A stretch of 64,000 bases of DNA from an uncultured bacterium. Its GTDB lineage: Bacteria; Chlamydiota; Chlamydiia; Chlamydiales; Parachlamydiaceae. Position 1 is the first letter of the stretch; each line of letters begins with the position of its first letter. Below, one piece after another: positions 1 to 8,603 of this stretch. The notes below the pieces were generated by a model. The model saw nothing but the letters and a program-made list of their open reading frames with translations, was not told the DNA's origin and did not search any database. Where the stretch lies: NCBI GenBank assembly GCA_964460985.1, contig CAYWQX010000005.1:26987-90986 (forward strand). The letters are read 5' to 3'. The translations under genes were made by a program, and so were the position numbers.

Positions 1-120
1 TTACCAAAACGACACTCATATAGGTTACACTTCTTTGCCCTTATCGAGTTCTAAAGATATGACGCTAATTGTTTTAATCTTGAGGTATTTAAAATAAGTG
101 CAGAACAAAGTTTATTAAGA

Positions 121-520
121 GGTACTTCCGTGAGTTTCCAGGCGCTATCGCAAGGGGAGCTGCATAATAGGTACTTCCAAAGTTTCCAGGGAAGCGGGCA
201 TGCGCACGGGCATGGGCAAGGGCAGGGATTAGCTACAAGCGGCAGGTGGGTAGGTACTTCCAAAGTTTCCAGGCGCTATCGCAAGGGGAGCGGCAGAATA
301 GGTACTTCCGGGAGTTTCCAGGGAAGCGGGCATGCGCACGGGCATGGGCAAGGGCAGGGGTTAGCTACAAGCGGCAGGTGGGTAGGTACTTCCAAAGTTT
401 CCAGGCGCTATCGCAAGGGGAGCGGCAGAATAGGTACTTCCGGGAGTTTCCAGGGAAGCGGGCATGGGCAAGGGCAGGGGTTAGATGCAAGCGGCAGGTG
501 GGTAGGTACTTCGGGGTGAT
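121..520. repeat. GC-rich compound tandem repeat, about 3.2 copies (units 132, 132, 120 bp), carrying seven copies of the core GGTACTTCC-N3/4-GTTTCCAGG
   Basis: Core motif starts at 121, 170, 253, 301, 385, 433 and 505 (last copy truncated). The alternating ~24-nt and ~58-nt segments between cores are themselves repeated. The third unit lacks a 12-nt gcgcacgggcat segment. The region is clearly more GC-rich than its flanks and is open in several frames on both strands. Confidence 0.9.
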
Positions 521-533
521 TTCGATAAAAGAA

Positions 534-606
534 CGGACTGAGTAGGATTCGAACCTACGACCACCCGCTTAGAAGGCGGGTGCTCTATCCACTGAGCTAT
601 CAGTCC
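534..606 (-). tRNA. tRNA-Arg (anticodon TCT)
   Basis: The reverse complement folds as a canonical cloverleaf. Acceptor GGACTGA/TCAGTCC, D stem GCTC/GAGC, anticodon stem CCCGC/GCGGG with loop CTTCTAA (anticodon TCT), T stem GTAGG/CCTAC with loop TTCGAAT, discriminator G. No CCA is encoded. Confidence 0.93.
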
Positions 607-675
607 ATCAATGGCAGCTAATTTAACAAACGACCTAGTAAATTACAACTATTTTGGATACACTCTTTTCCACTT

Positions 676-1164
676 ATGCCATACACACCCATACTCGGCA
701 CGTTAGGCTATGTCCTTTCGCCGGATCGAAAAAAAGTATTGATGGTTCATCGAAAATCGCGTTTGGATGATGCCCATTTAGGAAAATACAATGGCCTTGG
801 TGGGAAGCTTGAAAGGGATGAGGATATCGTCGCCGGCATTAAAAGGGAGATTTTTGAAGAAGCCGGTATTATATGTGAAAAAATTAGTTTAAGGGGAACA
901 ATCAATTGGACAAATTTCGGTCCCAAAAATGAGGATTGGATGGGCTTTATTTTCCTCATCGAATCCTTTACCGGAACTCCTTTAACCGAAAATCCCGAGG
1001 GGAGCCTCGAATGGGTGGACATCTCCAAGCTAGAAGAGCTTCCGATGTGGGAAGGTGACAAATATTTTTTACCCCTCGTCTTTGATGGCGATCCGCGCGC
1101 ATTCCATGGGTTTATGCCTTATCAAAACAATCATCCAATAGGCTGGAGTTATTCCAGAATTTAA
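676..1164 (+). CDS. Nudix (MutT-like) hydrolase
   Basis: Complete Nudix box GX5EX7REUXEEXGU in GKLERDEDIVAGIKREIFEEAGI. ATG start, 162 aa. Confidence 0.85.
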   Translation: MPYTPILGTLGYVLSPDRKKVLMVHRKSRLDDAHLGKYNGLGGKLERDEDIVAGIKREIFEEAGIICEKISLRGTINWTNFGPKNEDWMGFIFLIESFTGTPLTENPEGSLEWVDISKLEELPMWEGDKYFLPLVFDGDPRAFHGFMPYQNNHPIGWSYSRI

Positions 1165-1170
1165 GGTATT

Positions 1171-1626
1171 ATGTTCCCTAAACCCCTTGTTTACATCGCT
1201 TTAGGTGGTAACATCGGGGATACACGCGCCGTCTTTGATAAAGCTTTAATAGAGCTTGAAAAGGTGGGAGAAAACTTGAAAGTTTCGAAATTTTATACGA
1301 CGAAACCGGTATCGACGATCGAGCAGCCAGACTATTTAAATGGTTGCGCCTCTTTTCTAACGTCCTTCTCCCCCAGACAAGTCTTTGAAAAGTTGGAGGA
1401 GATTGAAAGGAAGCTCGGTAAAATAAAAAAGAATAAAGACGAGCCCAGGATTATCGATCTCGATCTTCTTTTTTATGGAGAGGAGAATTTTCATATAGGT
1501 GATTTGATCATCCCTCATCCACGGTTTCACGAAAGGCTTTTTGTGCTCGAGCCTCTTTTGGATTTGACGGAGCAAATTGGGCCCTACAATATTAAAAATT
1601 TGATAGACTCTCTGAAGAGGATATAA
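1171..1626 (+). CDS. folK: 2-amino-4-hydroxy-6-hydroxymethyldihydropteridine pyrophosphokinase (HPPK)
   Basis: HPPK hallmarks: YIALGGNIGD near the N-terminus, PRIIDLDLLFYG, and IPHPRFHERLFVLEPL. 151 aa is the typical size. Confidence 0.85.
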   Translation: MFPKPLVYIALGGNIGDTRAVFDKALIELEKVGENLKVSKFYTTKPVSTIEQPDYLNGCASFLTSFSPRQVFEKLEEIERKLGKIKKNKDEPRIIDLDLLFYGEENFHIGDLIIPHPRFHERLFVLEPLLDLTEQIGPYNIKNLIDSLKRI

Positions 1627-1628
1627 AC

Positions 1629-2450
1629 ATGCATTCGGTAAAAATCGGAAATTACGAGATCGGACAAAAAAAGCCTTTGACAGTCATGTGCGGCCCTTGT
1701 GTGATTGAATCGCGCTCCCATGCTTTGGAAACTGCCCATGCACTGAAAGAGATCTATGAAAAAGCGGGAATCAATCTCGTTTATAAATCGAGCTATGACA
1801 AAGCCAATCGATCGGCTTACCACTCTTTTAGAGGTCCGGGCTTGGTTGAAGGCTTAGATATTCTTCAAGAAGTTAAAACGACCTATAAGCTCCCTGTAGT
1901 AAGCGATATCCACGATGCGGAACAAGCCTCGCATGCAGCCCAAGTATTAGATGTTCTTCAGATCCCTGCGTTTCTCTGCCGCCAGACAGATCTTGTTCAA
2001 AAGGCGGCTGAAACAAAAAAAGTGGTAAGCGTAAAAAAAGGGCAGTTTTTAGCTCCTTGGGATATGAAAAATGTGGTTAAAAAGATCGAGCAGGCTGGAA
2101 ATCATCAGATCATCCTCGTCGAAAGAGGCGCTTCGTTTGGCTACAACAACTTGGTTTTTGATCCGCGCTCTATTCCGATCATGCAGTCTTTTAACTATCC
2201 GGTTTGCTTTGACATGACCCATTCTGCTCAGCTGCCCGGAGGGCAGGGCGAGACTACAGGCGGACAAAGGGATATGATTCCCTTCCTTGCAAAAGCGGCG
2301 ATCGCGGCGGGAGCGAATTTATTATTTATGGAAGCTCATCCTGACCCTGAGTCGGCTAAAAGCGATTCTACAACGGTATTAGATATGAAAACACTCCCTC
2401 AGCTTTTGAAAGAGTTAAAAGCTCTTTATAACCTAATTCAAGGTATTTAA
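1629..2450 (+). CDS. kdsA: 3-deoxy-8-phosphooctulonate (KDO-8-P) synthase
   Basis: Family-typical motifs GPCVIES, KSSYDKANRS, IPAFLCRQTDL and FDMTHS. 273 aa. Followed by Lpt-like genes. Confidence 0.9.
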   Translation: MHSVKIGNYEIGQKKPLTVMCGPCVIESRSHALETAHALKEIYEKAGINLVYKSSYDKANRSAYHSFRGPGLVEGLDILQEVKTTYKLPVVSDIHDAEQASHAAQVLDVLQIPAFLCRQTDLVQKAAETKKVVSVKKGQFLAPWDMKNVVKKIEQAGNHQIILVERGASFGYNNLVFDPRSIPIMQSFNYPVCFDMTHSAQLPGGQGETTGGQRDMIPFLAKAAIAAGANLLFMEAHPDPESAKSDSTTVLDMKTLPQLLKELKALYNLIQGI

Positions 2451-3031
2451 TGTTTCGTATAACCACTTTGATATTCATAGCTCTCTGGCTTTTAATCATG
2501 GTGGGAGGCGCATTTTATTTTTTTCATATTGATGAAAACGATGTCAATAATTACAAAGCTTTGCATCAGCAAGGGACAATTGAACAAAATGGAGAGAAAG
2601 GAAGGCAGGTTAAAAAAGGGATTTTAAAAGAACTATGGGTCATGAAAGAGGGAAAGCCCCTTCATATTCGTTTAAAAAGCGATGACGCCCTTTTGACAGT
2701 AGAAAAAAAAGAGAGCAAATCCGAAGTTGTAGAAGAGATGAGCAATTTGGTCTGCCTTATGCAAGAAGAGCTTTTTCCTGATGAAAATAGGCAGATAGTG
2801 CAAAAAATAGAGGCGGCAAAAGCTATTTATTTGTACCGCACCGACAGTTTTTTAGCGGATAACGTTCTTATGACACGATACAAAATCCCCGGAAATACCC
2901 TTCCTGAAGACATTGCAAACGAAAAGCCGATTTTTAAAGCGACGGCTTCCAAGGTCAGATTTCAAATCAAACAAGAAGGGGGCGTTCAACTTCAAGCCAC
3001 TTCCCTTCAAGCCGAGATGGATGAGACATGA
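2450..3031 (+). CDS. N-terminally membrane-anchored protein, LptC-like by size and position
   Basis: One N-terminal TM helix (ITTLIFIALWLLIMVGGAFYFF), 193 aa. It sits between kdsA and LptA-like/lptB with TAATG and ATGA overlaps. The call rests on synteny and size only; no diagnostic motif was seen. Confidence 0.4.
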   Translation: MFRITTLIFIALWLLIMVGGAFYFFHIDENDVNNYKALHQQGTIEQNGEKGRQVKKGILKELWVMKEGKPLHIRLKSDDALLTVEKKESKSEVVEEMSNLVCLMQEELFPDENRQIVQKIEAAKAIYLYRTDSFLADNVLMTRYKIPGNTLPEDIANEKPIFKATASKVRFQIKQEGGVQLQATSLQAEMDET

Positions 3032-4347
3032 TCTTATATCTTCTCCTTCTTCCGGCTTTTCTGTGGGGTTTAAGCGATTTAAAATCGGATCAATTTGTAT
3101 TTGATGGAAAAACAGCCCATCTTCAAGGCCATGTGATCCTCAATCACCCTATGGGACATATTGAGGCGGAGAGTGCCGATTTGGAAGTGGATCCCAAAAA
3201 GACAAAAGGTCCCTTCTCGCGGATTGTTTTAAATGGTCATGTTAAAATTCAACGGGATCTCTCAGAAATAGTTGCCTCTCACGCAGATATTCAATGCCTG
3301 CAGGAAGAGGGGATGTTTGTGGGCGATGACAAAGTTCATTTTAAACATTTACTCAAAAATAAAACCCTTATAGTCACTTCCAAACAAGCTTTTATCGGGT
3401 TTAACCCAACCGGCTTCAAATGGCTGAAGGGCCAAGGCGATGTTGTAATCGACTATGACGAGTACTACAAGGGTAAATCTCCTGAATTACACGTCCAGGC
3501 TCTTCAAGAAGGAAGCTACGAAATCACCCTTTTGCCGGAAGCTGAACTGCATGCCAAAACGGGCGAAGTTTTGAAAGGTAAAACAATGAGGTGGCTCACC
3601 GAATCGGAAGAGATCGAGGTGGAAAAGCCAACCGGAACTCTCCAAAATGGATCGATCGATTTCGAAGGGGATAAACTGACTTGGAACAGTCAAACGGCTG
3701 TTTTGAAAGGCAATGTGCAAATTCGGCTTAAAGATCAGGGGACATGGGTTACAAAAAATACAGTTCGCCTTATGCGAAATGAGAAGGGAGAGTGGTACTC
3801 CGCTGATGCCCAAGGGCCTGTTTTTTTTACAAGAGTCGCAAATGACCGTGATAAAAGCTTTTCCTTACAAGGATTTGGGCCTGCGCATGCCGATCTGATC
3901 AACCACAAAATACGCTTTACCTCCATTTCCGAAGACAAACCTGTGCAGCTCTCCGATCAAATGGGGGAAGCTTTTGGGGAGATTCTTGAGCTTTATTATG
4001 ATGGAAAGGAGCTCAAAAAAATTGTGCTCGAAGGAAGCGTCTATCTTTCCCACACAATCAACGGCTCGGTTGAGAGATCCTATGCCAAAGGCGATCGTTT
4101 GACCTATGATCCTAAAACTCAAATATCGACCCTCGAGTCGGACAAGGGAAGAGTCTTTATTTTTGACAAGGTGAATCAGACGGAAGTCTCGGCTCCTAAA
4201 ATCATCTTGGAAAGGGATCCTGTCACCAAGAAGGATACCATCAAAGGGGAGGGAGATGTACGCTTCCATTTAGTGGATCAAGAGTTTCAGGAGCTTAAAA
4301 ACAGATTTAAACTGGAGGATAAGGCCCATGAACCTGCTCAAAGTTGA
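3028..4347 (+). CDS. Exported OstA/LptA-like protein, unusually long at 439 aa
   Basis: Signal-peptide-like N-terminus MILYLLLLPAFLWGLS. Recurrent G-[HN]-V-x-[IL] strand motifs (LQGHVILNH, LNGHVKIQRD, LKGNVQIRLKD, LEGSVYLSH) as in OstA_N folds. Lies immediately upstream of and overlapping lptB. Confidence 0.45.
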   Translation: MILYLLLLPAFLWGLSDLKSDQFVFDGKTAHLQGHVILNHPMGHIEAESADLEVDPKKTKGPFSRIVLNGHVKIQRDLSEIVASHADIQCLQEEGMFVGDDKVHFKHLLKNKTLIVTSKQAFIGFNPTGFKWLKGQGDVVIDYDEYYKGKSPELHVQALQEGSYEITLLPEAELHAKTGEVLKGKTMRWLTESEEIEVEKPTGTLQNGSIDFEGDKLTWNSQTAVLKGNVQIRLKDQGTWVTKNTVRLMRNEKGEWYSADAQGPVFFTRVANDRDKSFSLQGFGPAHADLINHKIRFTSISEDKPVQLSDQMGEAFGEILELYYDGKELKKIVLEGSVYLSHTINGSVERSYAKGDRLTYDPKTQISTLESDKGRVFIFDKVNQTEVSAPKIILERDPVTKKDTIKGEGDVRFHLVDQEFQELKNRFKLEDKAHEPAQS

Positions 4348-5050
4348 AGCTCTAGAGAAGAGCTATGGCGGAAGAAAAGTGGTAGGCGGCCTCTCCTTCG
4401 AGGTAAATCCGGGAGAGATTGTGGGGCTTTTAGGACCGAATGGAGCCGGTAAGACGACCGCTTTTTATATGACAGTAGGTCTTATCCGTCCCGATAAGGG
4501 GAAAGTTATCTTTTTAGATACCGATGTCACTTTTATGCCGATGCATAAGCGGGCCTTGATGGGCATGGGATTTTTAGCGCAGGAGCCCTCCGTTTTTCGA
4601 AGCTTAACGGTGGAGGAAAATATCCTTTCGATTCTTGAAAATTCCGAAAAGGACGAAAAAGTGAGAAAAGAGCGTCTAGAATCGCTTTTAGATGAGCTTC
4701 ACTTAAAGCCTCTTCGCTATAAAAAAGCGCAGCATTTATCCGGCGGAGAAAGAAGGCGGCTTGAAATCACCCGCTCATTAGTCACGCACCCTAAATTTCT
4801 TTTGCTCGATGAGCCTTTTGCTAATATCGATCCTATCTCGATTCAGGAAGTAAAAGATCTCATTCGTCTCCTTGCGAAGCGGGGTATTAGCATCCTCATC
4901 ACCGACCATAATGCCCGCGAGATCTTCTCCGTTGTCGACCGGAGCTATATTGTGTGTGAGGGACGAGTCATTAAGTCGGGCTCTCCCAAGGAACTGATTA
5001 ATGATCCCGATGCAAAGAAATACTATCTAGGCGAAAATTTCACCTATTAA
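4328..5050 (+). CDS. lptB: LPS export ABC transporter ATP-binding protein
   Basis: Walker A GPNGAGKTT, signature LSGGERRRLEI, Walker B LLLDEPFANIDP, H-loop ITDHN. 240 aa with no permease domain, in an lpt context. Confidence 0.85.
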   Translation: MNLLKVEALEKSYGGRKVVGGLSFEVNPGEIVGLLGPNGAGKTTAFYMTVGLIRPDKGKVIFLDTDVTFMPMHKRALMGMGFLAQEPSVFRSLTVEENILSILENSEKDEKVRKERLESLLDELHLKPLRYKKAQHLSGGERRRLEITRSLVTHPKFLLLDEPFANIDPISIQEVKDLIRLLAKRGISILITDHNAREIFSVVDRSYIVCEGRVIKSGSPKELINDPDAKKYYLGENFTY

Positions 5051-5066
5051 AGTTTGGACGGATCGA

Positions 5067-6425
5067 TTAAATCCCTGTCATGGATCTTATATAGCTAAGC
5101 GGCCGGCGGATAATATAGTAAAACAGAGAAACGTCTTCGCTATACAAGATAGCGGTTCCTTTGAGTCCGATTTTTAAATCATTATCTGGTTTTTTCCATT
5201 CGGCTTCGGCGATAAAACTGGGCATGTTTTTTTCGCTTAAGGAGGTATAGGTAGAAACATAATCCAGTTGTGCTAGATAAGTTTCGTTAGGACTTACGTT
5301 TAAAACAATTTTCACTTCCGAACCAAGATGAAGATCGAGGTTATCGCTTTCAGGAATCCATATTTTAACTTTAGTGTGTTCAGGATCGCCGATCATCATG
5401 ATCTTTTCACCCACTTGCACCGGATTGCCTCTCCACTCGTCTTTGTTCTTAAGCATGACGATGCCTGCAATCGGTGATTTTACATTGAGTTGGTCCGCTT
5501 TATACTTGGCAAGGTCCAGCATCGCTTTTTCTTTTTTTAGTTTGAGAGATAAAACGGAGTATTCAGCCAGAGATTTTTTGTCTCTAAAGGCAAGCGAGTT
5601 CGCCCGGTTTGCCTCTGCTTGAGCGACGTCTACTTGTCTTTCAGCGACTTTTAATTCATCGAGAGGAACTTTCGAATCATAGGAAAAGAGAAGATCTCCC
5701 TTTTGAACCGTTTGGCCCGGGTTTACTTTGATCTCCTCTATAATTCCTTCAAGAGGGGAGGTGACCATGACCGGATTTTTTGGAACAATCTCGCAAGGAG
5801 CTATAATTCTTAAAGGGATTTGGACAAATAGAAGAGAGATTAAAAGGACTCCGATAGCAATCTTAACCGGTTGGTTGAATAAGTTGGCAAACTGATCTCT
5901 TTTAGCATATTTATTCCAGGCAGCATTATAGTTCTGCATGAGGAAATTTAAGATTTCTACCTCATCATACTGCCACTTGACCCCGTTCCATCGTTCTAGA
6001 AGCATACCCATGACAGGCTCTTCGCTCTCTTTGGAGGGCTGTGTGATCGGAAGCCATACAAATGCCACATGGTCGTGCACGATGCTTTTTTGAAGATCCG
6101 AATCTTCCTGTTCCTTGATTTGGTTGACAGTATCTAGAATCTGAGAATGAGACTTATTTTCGATCCCTCGAATGACCTGTTTCCATTGAGAGGCTAAAAA
6201 CGAGTTAGGATTGACTTGCGCATGTCCCGAGACTCCCAAAAGCTCGGCTTTATCTTTATCCAGCTTCCATAAGGAGGCGCGGTTATAGCGCATAATCTGA
6301 ATCGTATCATTTAAGAAAAGGAAGATAAGCGACGAGCGGTTCGGGCTTGAGTAGGCTTTGAGGCCGAGGCGGTTGATGGCGGCGAGCAAATGGATGGCTT
6401 GACCGGATTTATCGGGAGTAGTCAT
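5067..6425 (-). CDS. HlyD-family periplasmic adaptor with ~170-aa N-terminal cytoplasmic extension
   Basis: Single TM helix (VKIAIGVLLISLLFVQIPL). Lipoyl-like halves SPLEGIIEEIKVNPGQTVQKGDLLF and VKSPIAGIVML flank a coiled-coil segment. 4-nt overlap with the upstream adaptor gene. Confidence 0.75.
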   Translation of the reverse strand: MTTPDKSGQAIHLLAAINRLGLKAYSSPNRSSLIFLFLNDTIQIMRYNRASLWKLDKDKAELLGVSGHAQVNPNSFLASQWKQVIRGIENKSHSQILDTVNQIKEQEDSDLQKSIVHDHVAFVWLPITQPSKESEEPVMGMLLERWNGVKWQYDEVEILNFLMQNYNAAWNKYAKRDQFANLFNQPVKIAIGVLLISLLFVQIPLRIIAPCEIVPKNPVMVTSPLEGIIEEIKVNPGQTVQKGDLLFSYDSKVPLDELKVAERQVDVAQAEANRANSLAFRDKKSLAEYSVLSLKLKKEKAMLDLAKYKADQLNVKSPIAGIVMLKNKDEWRGNPVQVGEKIMMIGDPEHTKVKIWIPESDNLDLHLGSEVKIVLNVSPNETYLAQLDYVSTYTSLSEKNMPSFIAEAEWKKPDNDLKIGLKGTAILYSEDVSLFYYIIRRPLSYIRSMTGI

Positions 6426-8554
6426 TCCAACTCCTTACCCGAACTTTCACTAGAGCCGATACTCTCTTCCCACTCTTGGAAAATCAAGTGCTCACGAATA
6501 GGCGATTTGGTTGAGAGTTTTTTGAACGCAGGTTTTTTAGAAAAATCTTCTACGATAGGAGCAAGAGGATAGTCGATGAGGGCGATTTCACCGCTATTTT
6601 CTCCAATATCTGCAAGATCGCCTTGATAGGAGATGGAGGAGATTTTTTTTGCCTCTTTATAGGCAAAGAAAGGAGACAAATTCTCTAGAAGATCGCTATT
6701 TCTTGCAAAGAAAACGGTCTTTATTTTCTTTAATAAAGCCGTTTTTTCATGAATAGTCTCTTTAATTTGACCCTGATAACTTAAAATCGAAGGGGGGATA
6801 AATTGTGGAAGCTTTGTCTTTTGATCAAATGCTTCTCTTAACGAACTTTCCTGGCTCAGCTGAACTAAAGGTTGTTTGGTTGGAATTTTTGATTTTTCGT
6901 CTAAATCTCTCTCAATTGTGCTAGAGTAAACAAGCCGGGAAACAGAAGCTGGTAGAGAGCTCTTTTCAGAAACATCTCTCAGCGATGTCTCTAAAGATAA
7001 AGGTTTATATTCAATTTTTTTAGCAAGATTTGCTTTACCCTCTAACGCTTCTGAAAAAGCGCTTTCATAACTATATGCAAAAGGCATTATAGGCTTAGGA
7101 AGAGAGGTTTTGTTTTCAAAGCTGTTTGACAAGGAGCTCTCGGTTGTGAGCCAAGAATCCGTTTGATCTAAAGATATTTTTGATTTTGTATCCAAATCAG
7201 AATTTAAAGGGATTCTCTGATCGATTGCGAAAGCTTGAAGCGAGACAGGAAGAGAGGTTTTATTTTCAAAACTATTTGAAAAGGAGCTTTCGGTTGTGAG
7301 CCAAGATTCCGTTTGATCCAAAGATATTTTTGATTTTCTGTCCAAAGCAGAATTTAAAGGGCTTTCTTGATTGATTATGACACTTTGAGGAGGGGTTGGA
7401 AGCTGGGATTTCTCATTCAAGGCATCGACAAGCTGTGATTCTAAGAATAGGGGTTCTTTAGGAAATGTCGTAGGTAAACTGCCAAGCTTATCGGTGATAT
7501 CGGGATTGCCTGTATGGTGGATAGGCTCTTTAAAATAGCTTTCTGACCGGTTGAATTTGGGCTTGAGTTCCTCTCTGACTAAACCGGCAAAAACGATAGG
7601 GGGATTTGAATCAGGAAGAGATGTTTTTTTGCCTAAGCGATAGGTGATTTTTCCTGCATATTGGAGCTCTCCCGCTTGAAGCTTTGTGTTTTGAGATTCG
7701 TTTTTATGAAGAGCGGCTTTTAAGGCCAGTGCATCGGGAAGGGATCCTGAGTAAATAATCGGTTCGATGGATGCCTTGGAAGCTACAGGAGTTGGATCGG
7801 GAGGGATTATTTCAGAAAAAGAGGTGGTTCCGGTCATGCCTGCCATGAGTTGGCGGTCGATATTATCGATCTCGGCTTCCACAGTGATCGTTGAGCTTGC
7901 CGGATCGATGACTGAACCGACTCGTTTAATCCGGGCAGGAAGCGCTTGATTCAATTCTTTCACATGGATGGTTAAAGGACGTCCTATTTCCAACTGGTTT
8001 AAATATTTGGCATCGACCAGCATTTTAGCTAGGAGCACCTCGTCTCCTACGATTTCAGCAAGCGGTTGGCCCACTTGAGGAAGTTCGTGCTCGAACAGAT
8101 TGACGTTTGCCACTTTACCGCGGTAAGGAGCAACAAGGTAGCAGGCGCTTAGCTGCTTTTTGGCAAGTTCAAACTCTGATTGAGCAGTCGCGTATAAAGC
8201 ATAGGCTTCCTTGAATTCACTTAAAGAGGCAATTTTGGCTTCAAAAAGCTCTTTTTTAGCTTCGTAGACACTTCTTGCTCGATCCAGGACGGCTTTGGCT
8301 TTTTGAAAGGCGGCGTCATAAATGGAGTCGTCTAGTTTCAGTATCAGATCACCTTGGTCAAAGGAGTCGCCCAGCTTTTTAAAGATCTTTGATACAGGGC
8401 TAGAAATTTGGGCCGATAGAATCGCCTTATGCAGCGGATCTAGTATGACATGAAAATCTGTCTCTTCTAACTCAAGCTGATCGGTTCTTGTTAGGTCGGC
8501 ATTTATAGTACCCGTTGTCAGTAAAAATAGCGTTATCCATTTATATCTCTTCAT
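6422..8554 (-). CDS. HlyD-family adaptor (first ~270 aa) with a ~450-aa repeat-rich C-terminal extension
   Basis: HlyD lipoyl/coiled-coil motifs are present (ILSAQISSPVSKIFKKLGDSFDQGDLILKLDD, APYRGKVANVNL). The longest ORF reaches 8605, but that ATG overlaps the divergent gene start at 8604. I prefer the ATG at 8554, which gives MKRYKWITLFLLTTGTINA (a signal/anchor) and is preceded by aagg...ggg. Confidence 0.7.
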   Translation of the reverse strand: MKRYKWITLFLLTTGTINADLTRTDQLELEETDFHVILDPLHKAILSAQISSPVSKIFKKLGDSFDQGDLILKLDDSIYDAAFQKAKAVLDRARSVYEAKKELFEAKIASLSEFKEAYALYATAQSEFELAKKQLSACYLVAPYRGKVANVNLFEHELPQVGQPLAEIVGDEVLLAKMLVDAKYLNQLEIGRPLTIHVKELNQALPARIKRVGSVIDPASSTITVEAEIDNIDRQLMAGMTGTTSFSEIIPPDPTPVASKASIEPIIYSGSLPDALALKAALHKNESQNTKLQAGELQYAGKITYRLGKKTSLPDSNPPIVFAGLVREELKPKFNRSESYFKEPIHHTGNPDITDKLGSLPTTFPKEPLFLESQLVDALNEKSQLPTPPQSVIINQESPLNSALDRKSKISLDQTESWLTTESSFSNSFENKTSLPVSLQAFAIDQRIPLNSDLDTKSKISLDQTDSWLTTESSLSNSFENKTSLPKPIMPFAYSYESAFSEALEGKANLAKKIEYKPLSLETSLRDVSEKSSLPASVSRLVYSSTIERDLDEKSKIPTKQPLVQLSQESSLREAFDQKTKLPQFIPPSILSYQGQIKETIHEKTALLKKIKTVFFARNSDLLENLSPFFAYKEAKKISSISYQGDLADIGENSGEIALIDYPLAPIVEDFSKKPAFKKLSTKSPIREHLIFQEWEESIGSSESSGKELE

Positions 8555-8603
8555 GAACCCTTGCCTTAAAAATATCCAAAGACTTAACAACGGTATATAA
8601 ATC

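Noticed and set aside
121-520. Possible CRISPR array (regularly spaced ~23-nt repeats)
   Set aside because: The sequences between the repeats are not unique spacers. They alternate between two types that are themselves repeated almost identically, giving a 132-bp compound tandem repeat. No cas genes are in the window.
51-545. Track ORFs 51-263(-), 130-519(+) and 246-545(+) as protein-coding genes
   Set aside because: All lie in the GC-rich tandem repeat, where stop codons are rare in several frames at once. The translations are simple periodic low-complexity strings, and there is no RBS or start context. One of them also runs into the tRNA gene.
1-700. Integrated mobile element or genomic island at the tRNA-Arg locus
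   Set aside because: No integrase, transposase or att-like direct repeat of the tRNA 3' end is visible within the window. Only the compositionally odd tandem repeat hints at this, so it is reported as a question rather than as a feature.
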